A stretch of DNA of 64,000 bases, taken from contig JBBPEB010000004.1 of the NCBI GenBank assembly GCA_039096225.1, forward strand, positions 1,116,001 through 1,180,000, given 5' to 3'. Below, in pieces: positions 49,055 through 61,575 of this stretch. The stretch comes from Blastocystis sp. Blastoise (lineage: Eukaryota; Protista; Bigyra: Opalinata). The stretch's first letter is position 1. Every line of letters begins with the position of its first letter. The position numbers and the translations under genes were made by a program. The notes under the pieces are model-generated. The model was given only the letters and a program-made list of their open reading frames with translations. It did not search any database and was not told the DNA's origin.

Positions 49055-52000
49055 TTAATCATTATAATATATATATGGAAACTCTTTCCTATCCTATATA
49101 AACTAATTATAAAACTATGAATAATTTAAATAAATATATATATAGATAAATACATACCTTTATATAAAAATGTTGTTGTCCTATAATATATATAAAATCA
49201 TTTGTATATACTGTTAATAATAAAACTGATCTATTTATTATCTATATATAATATAATATGATATAAAGAAAATACATATACATTTCCATAAATTAATATT
49301 GCATAACTATATAATAATTATAATAATAATATAAATATATATACCTATCAGTTTCTATACGAGTTTCATTCTTATATATTTCTATATATAATTCTTTTGA
49401 TATATCTTCTTCTATTGTATTATTAAAGGAGTGATTATTAAGAAAAAAATATTTATATTATAAAATATATATAAATAATAATATAAAAGATATATCAAAG
49501 AGATGAACATGAATGAAAATTTGATTACCAGCTATATAAGCTATATATATAAATAATAACTATAATAATATAAATATATACTTTTATTAATTCCTTCATC
49601 ATCTAATAATTCTATATATATAATAATAATAAAAATAAATAATAAATACCATTTTTTCCATAATCTTCATAATTAGGAACAGGAATAGGATTATTATTCG
49701 AAGGGAAATGAATAAATGATTGTTGAGGGTCCATAATTGATGGAGAAATAATCAATTGAAATTGTTGTTCATAATGAACTTGTTCAAGAGAAAATGTTAT
49801 AGTATATGTATCAGCATCAATATAATACATTCTATATAATAATAATAATAATAATATCTATAATATATATACTTTGTATAAATAGTATTATGATCAAAAA
49901 TAAAGATAGCTGGCTTATTCCCTGTACAATAAGGTAAATCACATACATTGAGATTATTACCCTTAGAATCAATCAATGTTGATTTTAAGAATGGTTGAAT
50001 ATAAGTAGGGTTAATATCATTACCATAAATATCTCGTGGATGAAATGTACAATTGAATTCTATTCCTGTAGTTAATTCATCAGGACAAAGTAAATAAGAA
50101 GGAGATCCAAGAAGATTCAAATTAGGATAAGCATAAGCAGTAGTAGTAAGTATTTCTATATAGGGTTGATCTTCAAAGGATGTAGAAATAGTAATAGTAT
50201 ATAGATCTCGATAAGAAGAAAGATGAAGAGGAGAATCTATTAGAAACTATATAAATATTATAAATTATATATGATTATATATATACATGGATATGATTAT
50301 TATTGAGAGTATAAGAATAGAGAAGAGGAGGAGAAGAAGTTAAATTGAATTGTTGATTTATAGGAATAGGACTATATAATAATAAATAATAATATATAAA
50401 AATAAATATACATTTCATTATTATGAATATCTTTAACAATAACATCTAATTCTCTTCTTATTTCAGGTACAAATCCCATACTGAATGTTCCTGAATAGGT
50501 TGATAATAAAGAATACTTTAAACATGTGAATGTAGTAATTGTCACTGATATATCCAATATAGGCATATTATTATATAATAATATAAACGTATAATTACGA
50601 GCAGTAGGAAGATGAGGTATAGTTTTATAAGTACCAGGTGATGTAGTTTCAACTATATACATGATTCCATCATAATAATCTTCATCTATATTTATCCATT
50701 TAAGATTAGATTGTTGACCCGTAATAATATGTTGATTTTCATCAAATATTTGAAATAAAAAGAATGGATCAGTTTCTAAATTGACATTTAATATCGATGA
50801 TACATGAAATTTAAGAGGAGATGTTAATCTATACAGATATTGAAAATAATAATAAAAAATATATATACATGAATAGAGAATAAGGAAGAGAAGATAGAGT
50901 AACAGGAATATCTTTAGAGAATAGATTATCTTGTTTATTTTGAAAGAATAGACGTATATATAAATAAGGATATTCTGATTCAGTAAGACCAATAATAGAA
51001 GACATTTCAACAATATAATGAATATGAATACTATAAATAAATAATAAATATAAATAATAATATTAAATATACGTATTATTGAGTATATGTTTATCTACAG
51101 TGAAAGGAGTATCTTCTAAAGTATCAGCTCGTCGAATATCTATATCAATATATTCTCCTTCATGATTATATATAGAAAAAGAAGGATCTTCTTTTGAATA
51201 TCCACCTTCTTCAATATAATATGTAGCATTCAATGAATTAAAATATTCATCCTATTATAAATATATAATAATAATAATAATAAATAAATACTTTTAAATT
51301 CATATAGATATCTCCACAAATAGAAATATTAGTAGAATCACAATAAGAAACAAATTCAATTCCAGTACCATGAATATCAGTATGAGCAATATAAAGAGTA
51401 CCAGGAACAACAGCTATTATAGATAATATATATTATAAATATAAATATATTTACTTAGATAAGAATCATAGATATTTCCAGAAACTAATGTAATCAATGA
51501 AATCTTATGGAATCCTGATACTTTAGCAGGTATAGAACATGTACTAAGAAGACTTATTGAATCTGGATTCATAACATCATAATAAGTATTTCGATCTATA
51601 TAAAATTATATTCAAATTATATATATTTAAATATACCTTCTACATAACTATAATCACATATTTTATACACACTTTGTAAATTAATTACTGAATTATTATA
51701 TCTATAAATAATATATAAATAAAGAATAATAAATAATTACATATCAAAGAATTTGATGTTTATAGGAATAATATCACCAGCAGTATAAAGAGAATCATGA
51801 GTTACTTTTATTGTAGATGTACTATATATATATAAGAGAATAATAATAATTAATATACATTTCAGTAGAAGGTATAGTAGTGATATTCCATTCTAAAGAG
51901 GACCAAATATTATCTTCAGATAAACAATCTATTTTCACAGTTATATTTCTAACTTTTGAAGGTAATTGAATAAATGTATAAAGAGGACAAATAGAAGTAT

Positions 52001-53614
52001 ATTGATATTCTTGTGTATATATATCAAGAGAAGGAGATGTTGAAAATGAATAAAAGGATTTCTGAGTATACTATATATAATAATAATATATTAAATAAAT
52101 ATATATATACTTCTCCATCACCTTTAATATACACTTTATATTTATCTCTTCGATTATCTAAACAATATCCATCATCATATATATCTCTTGTATATATATA
52201 CATATACGTTAATGTGCCTGCAAAACTAATAGGACTGTAAAAAGTAGAATTAAGAAATATATATAATATTATTATTGAGAGAATATAATATAAAATAACT
52301 AATAAAAGGATATATAGATTTCAGTTTTCGAGCAATCATTAGGACTAATTCTACTTTGAATAGTACAATATATATAAGAATTAATTGTATCAATATCTTC
52401 TTCTTCTTCTTGATTTAGAAGACGTACATATAAATGACCATTAGAAATCTCACGAAAGAAACGAATGGATAATGTATATTGTGAAGTAGAATCCATAGTG
52501 ATTCTATAACTAAAGAATTGATCGGATTCCCCTGGAAATAAAGGAATATCAAATCCTTCTGAAGATGTTACATATAATTTTATTATAAAATTATTCTGAT
52601 TCACTAAATTATAATAACGATCTCTTACTATTAATGTAAACTATATATATTATTTTTATTTTTATTATTATTATATATATACATCAACACTTCTATATAA
52701 AGGAATAATTGAATAGATAGTAGAGATAGAAGAGTAGAGATAAGAAGGAACATCACTATATACTGATAATTGGAATGGAGTATTAATCACAGATAAACCA
52801 TTCACACTATAAAAATATTATTATTATTTATATAAATATTTATATATATATACATCCATCTAAAATAAACAGATTCTGAAGTATACGAAACAAATTGATA
52901 TATTAATTTTTCATGTAATGGATCTATATATATATAATAATAATAATAATAAATAAATAAATAAATAAATACCTTCTTTTGAAGTAAAGAAATAAGATTG
53001 ATCTGTATTTAATAGAATTGTTCCTGTAAATAATGTTGTAGGAACTGTATTATTATATTCATCACGAAAATATATTTCAAAATCATCTATATATATATAT
53101 ATATTATTAAATAAATATTAATTAAATAAATATATACGAATAATGCCAACACTAGTAGTTCTATTTGGTGGTATAAAAATAGTATTTGAAGGAAGAAGAG
53201 AACCATGAGTTACTGTCCATGCAGATAAAAATGGAGAATAATGAATAGGAATACCATCTACTGTTATATAAATATCATATATAGCTACATAGATAGCTTT
53301 TAAATATAAATAAAGAGAAGAAGAAGAAAGATAGGAGAAGGTATATGTAGGAAGAGATGGAACTATATATATATAGAATAATAATAAATATATATAATAA
53401 TAAATATACCCTTTCGATCACTAATAAAAGTGATTTTAATTCGTTTTTCGAGATCAATATCTATAGGTATTTGTCCACATCGACTATTAAGGAATAATTG
53501 AAGTGGATATATAGATCCTGCAGTACTCGTGAAGAAGAGAGGATATTCAGAAGGAGTAATAGTAGTAGAAGTCAAAGGAATCGTTGATACTGTAGGAGAT
53601 ATCAATTGGATGCC
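49055..53614 (-). CDS. Filamin/Ig-like repeat protein, about 24 coding exons; start codon unresolved
   Basis: Recurrent xxRDxYxN and VDGIPIHYSPF-type motifs; open frame across 23 introns including two AT-AC; TAA 49055-49057. Confidence 0.72.
49431..49493 (-). other. U12-type AT-AC intron
   Basis: 5' ATATCTTTT, branch TTCTTAAT, 3' CAC; contains an in-frame stop; splicing gives LFD|SFNN. Confidence 0.88.
52237..52313 (-). other. U12-type AT-AC intron
   Basis: 5' ATATCCTTTT, branch TTCTTAAT, 3' TTTTAC; splicing gives EIY|SPISFAG in frame. Confidence 0.9.
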
Positions 53615-53649
53615 CTAATAGATAGATAGATAGATAGATAGATAGATGA

Positions 53650-53710
<61 letters not shown>

Positions 53711-55935
53711 ACAAAATTTGTTATTTTCGTTTTTAACTAGCAAACAAAAGCACAGAATTCAAGAATGGCAATAAGAAATAAATTTTCTATATAATATATA
53801 AATTGATGATAAATATAAAACATAAATAAAATAAATAAAAATTAAATAAATAATTTTAATAGGAAAAAAAGAAAAAAGAGAAAATGTGTCAATGTAATAA
53901 AGAAACAAATAGATATATTTATATACCTTCAATATTGCTTTGATTTGTTATTTGGAAGAGGTATAGACAATAATAACCAAGAAACCTAAATGAATTAAAA
54001 AAGGAATTAGATAAAATACCTTATAAGAATCAAATCAACGATTCCATGTTATAAATGTATTTGAAATAGACCAAGGAGACTGTTTGAAAGGAAGAGGAAA
54101 TCCAAAATGGGGAATCTAAAAGAATAATGTAAAATAATATGATATATTAGATAAATAAATACTTACACAGCATTAGGATTGCTTAAAAGCATCTATAGTC
54201 CTCGTAATAAGTTCTATTTCTACATAGAGACAACAAATTAAATATAAAAATGTATTCATATTTAAATTCAAATCTTTCAGTCAAATACTAAAAATATTCT
54301 TAAAAATACATTTTTTATTCTTCAGTTTTTTTTTGAGATATTCTATTAAGATTATTAGTTTTAACGCGTCAGACAATACATTATTTACACAATTCTATTG
54401 TATCCCACTACTTTTAGCTTCTCAAAAATAACTCATTTTCTTTGACTTTCTGATCTGTTTATATACTCGTCTAAAAACTACTGTTTTCAACTTCAAATGC
54501 TTTTCTATTACATAAAATTACTCTAATAGCAACTTTTAAAACGACTTTTATTTGATACTAAAAAATAACTGCTTAGTTTAAACTTCTGACAAAAGTTTTT
54601 GATGCGGAACCTTTAATTATACTAAAATATAATGTAAAAACTATTCTAAAATCTTTTTGTGCTTTGATATATAACAAAATATAAACAGACTCAGTTTTGG
54701 ACAAGAAAATTATTCCCGTAAATACAAAAGAATCAAAACTCTGGTCTTTTATTCAGCCAAACAAATAGGCTCGGTTCATTCTTTCAGTGTAAAAAAATAA
54801 TTTTTTGACTTTTTGACTTGGTTGTCGTTTTGACTCATAGATGTCATTTTATTCACTTTTACACATGTTTATGAATTTAAGAGGTCTTTCACTTTGAACA
54901 GAGCTATAAAAAATTCTAAAATATTGACCCCATTATTGTCAAAATGGCGACTTAGAATGAAACAGAAACGTTTTTGATATTGTATAACACTTTAGAATAA
55001 TATAAAGATGTCAATTCATTGATAAAATATGCTTAATAGTTTTTTTGAGTCTAAATCATTAATCTACATAAAACTTTCCTGAAATATTCTTCTTTTGTAT
55101 TCAAGTCTTTTATTTATTGAATTATTATTGATTAAAAATGTTCTTATGCAAAAATAAGCCATGAAAAAGCTTTAAATAGTCAAAAGTACCTATCAGTGAG
55201 AGAAATCACAATCTGGCTTCAGTTTATCGAATTCAGCCGAATTAAGCATGGCTGAAAAAAGTGTCACAAAAGTGTCGCCGCAAGTGTCACAGACACTCGG
55301 GAAGGCACTGATTATAGTCCATCAATTCAAAAATAATTTCAAAAATAATTTTTGAGTGCTTTCTAGTATTTCTTATCATTTCCTACACTTTTCTTGTCTA
55401 TATTCAATTTATTTCACCAATAATCATTTTTTAAGTATGCTATTATTCCTTATTCTGATTGAATATTAAGAGTAAATCACTCTATCAATCCAGTGCAACA
55501 ATATAAAAGTAAGAACTAGTCATTATTGTTAACTTGATCACGACATTATCATTTTTTAAATTGGTTTTTACAAAGTTATAGTGAATATTATAGTTGACGA
55601 TCTTGAAACATCAACTGTTTCTTGATAACAGCACAAGTTCAAGTGAACCCCAAAATCAACTAATTCTTTATCTATATAGTCATTTATGTACAGCCATAGG
55701 ATTCTAACAATAGTCAATAATTTTTTGAATAATAAACCTTGCTATTCAAACAAATAAGAAGGTTTTCAATTCACTGAAAATAAAATCAGCATAAACTGAT
55801 TTTTTCATATTATTTAATCGAGAAAAAAGTTTCTCCCTCATTTCATTGTTTCTCATGTTTATCCATTTTCGAGAATCATTTTTTTCATAATACCTATTTT
55901 GTCATTACTGTTTAATATACTGAATATTTGATACG

Positions 55936-56894
55936 ATGTTTGTTCCTATAATTAGAGGTGTGTCAAGAATAGCTATTCAAACAAAGCCAGTTTACTCAAG
56001 ATCCTTTTACACTGCTTTAAGAGCTTCTCAACAGTCTTCGTTATTACGTGCAAATGAGTCAAACAACAAAATGCTTGTTCAAAAGCGATTTTTCATGGGT
56101 AGAATACTAAGACTTGGTATGCAATTATTTGGATCTACTTTTTCGGCAACTATTCGTGCTTTTGTTTCTGCTTTTCAACAACAAGCAGGTATATAAAATA
56201 GTTTTATTTATATTTAAGATGATGATTATTGATTATAATGATTTTTTTTGTATAAATTATCATTTTATAATAATATTTTTATAAATAGCTAAGGGTGAAG
56301 ATGCTGTTGATGCTCCTACTCCCTCTATGAGTCTCAAAAGAACTGTACCTATTCCTGAAGCTTTACAAATCGTTAATTTAAAACGAGAAGAATGTACTAG
56401 AGATAAATTAACACAAGTATATATTTTTTATTTGGTACTATTATTGTATTATAATCTATTCATATTTTATATATTGTTAAATAATATTTTTATTCTTTAT
56501 TATTTAGAATATATATTAAATAGTTTTTTTTATTTATTATTTAGAATATATATTAAATTTTTTTATTATTTAGAATATATATTAAATAGTTTTTTTATAT
56601 AGAATATATTTTAAATTATGTTTTTTAAAATATTTTTTTTTATTATTTAAAATATACATAAAATATTTTTTTTCAGCTTATTATAACTCTCTCTATATAT
56701 AGGTATATGAGAAGATGTTTTCATCGAATGATCCTAAGGATGGAGGTTCTTTTTATCTTCAATCTAAAATATATAGAGCTAATGAAGTCTTATTAAAGGA
56801 ATTAGATGAATATGGATATATACGAGACCCTAATGCTGCTCCTTCTAAAGTTCAAACTACTACTACTAATAAAAATGAAGAAGAAAAGGAATAA
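55936..56894 (+). CDS. PAM16: Mitochondrial import motor subunit Pam16/Tim16, 3 exons
   Basis: RAFVSAFQQ, EALQIVNL, YEKMFSSNDPKDGGSFYLQSKIYRANE. Confidence 0.93.
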
Positions 56895-57622
56895 ATATAT
56901 TTATATAGATTTTACATTTTATGTTTTTTGAACACCATCCTTTTAGATTATAAATACATTTTTTTTTACAAATTTTGTTTTTTTTCGCTTTTAATTACTC
57001 TTCATTATTTCATTGAATCTTTTTTTTATAGATCTCATGTTTTCTTATATCTTTTCCCATTACATTTAATGTTATTTGAGTTTTTTTATTAATAAAGCCA
57101 TATTATCTTGCTAAGCATTATTCATAAGTATTAAATATATGTTACATATATTACAGATATATGATTTATGAATAATCAACTATTATAAACACTATAATTA
57201 TAGATAATACGTGATTGACATCTTCTTTTAACATAATTGTTAGCAGATTCTATCTATAACTTTCTGTAGCATAATCTAATGATCAGATCCATTTCATACT
57301 CTTCTGAAAACGTAAAATAATGATAAATTATTGATGACAAAAAGATGTAGAAAACTGAATTCATTGCTGATTTGAGGATAGAAATCTATTCATGGAAAAT
57401 CAAACAATTCACCGTGAAAAATAATACTTACCCATGACTACTAATTGTGTTTCATGATTATTTTTTCTCTTTCTTTTTTAAAGTGACAACTTGTTTTTTT
57501 TTGCTTTTATTGATATTCTATTCACCTTGAAATCAAAAAAATATACGTTCACATCGTAACCATCAAGTAGTATTTGGATGAACTCTTTCTATTTAAATTT
57601 GAATAATTTCTTTTTAGGAATA

Positions 57623-59544
57623 ATGTTATCGTTATATCGTAGAATTACTTATAATTCTATATTGAGAAGACAATTCTCTGCAATTCAGAATGGTAACAAA
57701 ATTATAAGTTTTGTGACTGATGCTGAAGGTAATTTTGACTATTTCAAAAAATGTATTGAGCTTGATGATGTTATTGATTATGATGAAGAGAATGGAACCT
57801 TAAATTGGAATCAAGAAACATTAGCTAAAGATTATGGCTACTTTGTATATGGAGGAGACATTGGAGATAAATGGCGACAGTCGATTCGATTATGTCGAAC
57901 ATTATTGGATTTTAAAAAGAGATATCCACATAGGTAGGTTTATAAAATATTATATATAGATTATATATGTTGTTTTTAATATCAATAAATAATAATAATA
58001 AAATATATATTTTTATTTATCTTTATATTAATAAGAATAGTATGTTATTCTTCTATATAGAGTTACATTTTTGTTGGGAAATCGTGATTTAAAGAAATTA
58101 TATTTAGGATGGGAGTATTTTAATTATATAGATCCTAAATTAGATCAACCCTTTTTATTTGATTGGATGAACAAAGATGTGGATGAAACTTATAAAGATT
58201 TTATTACTAATTTAGCCAAACAAACTACATGTGAATCAGAAGTATATATATATATATATTTATGTTCATTTTATTATTGTTTTTTTATATCAAGAATTCT
58301 AATTAATATTTTTTTAAATGTATAGTTATGTATTAATTATATATATAATAATATTTATTATTTTATAATTTATTATTTATTATTGTCTTATATATTATTT
58401 AATATATATTATTATTATATATATATATATAGTTGCCTCCAGAAATAGTAAATGCATATAATTCTTCTAAGAATCGTATTAAATGGGTTTATAAAGATGT
58501 TTTAGGATCTCCACGGGAATTTGAGTTTCGTAGGCAAGAATTAGGTTTAATTCTTGGGAAAGTCATTACAGATACAGATGTCATGAATAGTTTAAAACGA
58601 AGTTATTTCCCCGGTGGCATTTTTTATGAGTATTTAGCTAATGCTCAAATGGGTGTATATATTTATTTTTATGTTTATTATTATATATATATATAATAAT
58701 CATAATAATCATAATAATATATCTATATTTGATTAGATTATTATTGATAATAATATGTTTGTTCATGGAGGTATATTGATGAATAATGGACATAATACAT
58801 GCTTAGGTCAAGTCCCTTGTATATATTATATAGTATTATATCTATTATTTTTATTCAATTACTTTGTATTGAATTCTTGTTATATAAATATAGTATTAAA
58901 TTTATAATGACCATAATTTTATTTTTTAATAATGATAATCATATATATATATATAGCGTTACCACTAAGTGTGAATGGTCCTCATGATTGGTTGAATGCT
59001 CTAAATAAATGGACGCGTCAGGAGATGACGCAATGGTTGTCATCGTTGGCCAATGATCATCGTCCAACCGGTGGTAGTCAGCTGCTTCTTTATGGTACAA
59101 ACCAATATAAAGGATCTGTCGTTAAGTGTCGTCATACAGATAGTCAAGGAAGAGTATATATATATATTATTTTTCCTAGTTTTTGTTATCAATAAATATA
59201 TTTGTTATCAATAAATATACTTGCTATCATTTAATTTATTTGTTTTCTTTATTCTTTGTATTTAATCTTTATATATATAAATATATGCATAGCCAATATG
59301 TATTCCGTCAGAAGCAGTTCGTTGCCTGCGAAAAGGTGGGATTAATCGAATCATATTGGGCCATACACCACAAGGAATCTGTCCCACGGTTATTAAACAA
59401 GAAGGAGTTGAAGTATATATTTGTATTCTTTATAGACTACATATATATATATATATATATATATTCTTCTTATAATGCTTATACTATGTTTTAAAGATGC
59501 AATTCATGTTCCTAATTATAATAATTATGTTTTTCATAATATCC

Positions 59545-59582
<38 letters not shown>

Positions 59583-60488
59583 TAATTATTGGAGATACAA
59601 GTTATAGTGATCGATCCAGTCCAGATTTAAGAGGAGATATCTATAGCTCTATTAGTATATGTGGTAATGCTGCTCATATAAAAGGAAAAGTAAAAGAGAA
59701 ATATAATTATGATTTCTATACATTTGCTCCCTCATTGTATATTTATATTATTTTTAATATACATAAATCTATATAATATTATTATATAGAGATAATAATA
59801 ATTCAACAGAACATATAAAAGGTATAATATATATATTACTAAATATATATATATTATATATATATATAGGTCGTTCTTCTGTTTACGTATCTTCAGTTCA
59901 GCAAGTTAAGAATAAGAATACAAATAATACAAATAATAATATAAATAATATAAATAATACAAATAATAATACAAATAATAATACAAATAATAATACAAAT
60001 AATAATACAAATAATAATACAAATAATAATACAAATAATAATACAAATAATAATACGAATTCAACTTCTACTAATATTTATAAAGATACAGAGACTATTA
60101 AAATATATGATAATAAATATATTAAAGTCAAAGAATTGAAAGATCCTCAAACAGAAATACTTGTAAAGAAGTATATTTATACATATTTAAATATATAATA
60201 TATTTTCTTTTTTTTTACTTATATATATATATATGCAAGTGTTTTATATCTATTTTATATATAATTTATGTCTATAGACCTGAAGTCGAGAATTGGAATT
60301 TAGATGCTGATTCCGTGGATCCTTTCGTGGGATGGGGACTACGTGATGGAGGATGGATCAAATTCCCGTTGAAAAATGATAAATATATGGTTGCCTATCA
60401 TACCAAGAAGGATGATATGTTAATCGTGGAAGATGATGTCTTGACTAGAAGAGAAATCGTAAAGATTGGACTTGAACTACTCAAATAA
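57623..60488 (+). CDS. Calcineurin-like metallophosphoesterase with mitochondrial-type presequence, 10 exons
   Basis: TDAEGN, GGDIGDK, GNRD, FVHGG, GHTPQG, DTSYS motifs; (TNNN)n insert 59918-60060. Confidence 0.85.
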
Positions 60489-61575
60489 TCAGAAATACTA
60501 TGAATTTTTTTTTTTCCTCTTTATTTATGTTCATTTCTTTTTTTCTTTTTCCTTTATGTTTTCAAATATATATTTAAGAATTATTCATATTGAAATCATT
60601 ATCTATTTCTCTATATAGTATCTGTAGTATGTGCATATATTTTATTTTATTTTCACTTTTTTGTAATACTTTGTTACTTTCGTAACTTGACTGCTATTTC
60701 TTTTTTTGTGTCTTTTCTTTTCATTTTTTCTATAGAAATAGTATGTAATTGTTATCAATGCACAAATTATTAGCTCGCTATTTTGATTTATTTATTTAAT
60801 AAACTATGTGCTAAATCAAAAGTATATATTATCGATAAACAAGTTTTTGAATAGGTATTGTTGGAAATATTATAAGTATATCGCCATTCTTTGTATATTT
60901 TATAATATATATATACTTAATATTATCCCAACAGAGTAATATATTAAAAATGTCGTGTATAAAAATAATGAATAACGTGTAAATAACAGCATTTTGAAGA
61001 TAATTAAAACAATGCATGATAATATCTCATAATTCTATTCTACTTTACATAATAGATCTAGCCTATAATGAAAATTAATGAAAGACACTAATAAATTATA
61101 TAATATTATAAATAAAATGTTTCTCAGACATTGAAGAAGGATTTTGTTTTTTATATTTCGTATTTATCATAATCCATTAACATATTAACATTTTCTAAAA
61201 TATACTATGTATATTGACATATATATTTAAAAATATCAAGTATCCATGTCAACAAATTAATGATTAAAAATCTTCTTTTACAAATTATTCAACTTTCTCA
61301 TAAAATTCATAATATCTACAGACTACTTCACAAACAAACAAACAGAGTGATCAATAATTGGTCGATTATAACTCTATAAAGAAAAAAACGAAAAATTGTG
61401 TAAGAAATGGTTTTTTTTCGTGGGAAAAAAATGAAAGTGGCTGATAAATGCTGAATAGAAGTGGGCTTTGAGAAGTCTTCACAAAAACACCAACAACTTT
61501 TTTTTATTGATTAGATCGTTTTTATTGCTACAAACTACTTAATTAATAAAAAGACACCAACTCTGAAGAACTAGG

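Noticed and set aside
50964-50973. ATATCCTT U12-like donor
   Set aside because: Lies within an open exon (EYPYL) already bounded by GT-AG introns
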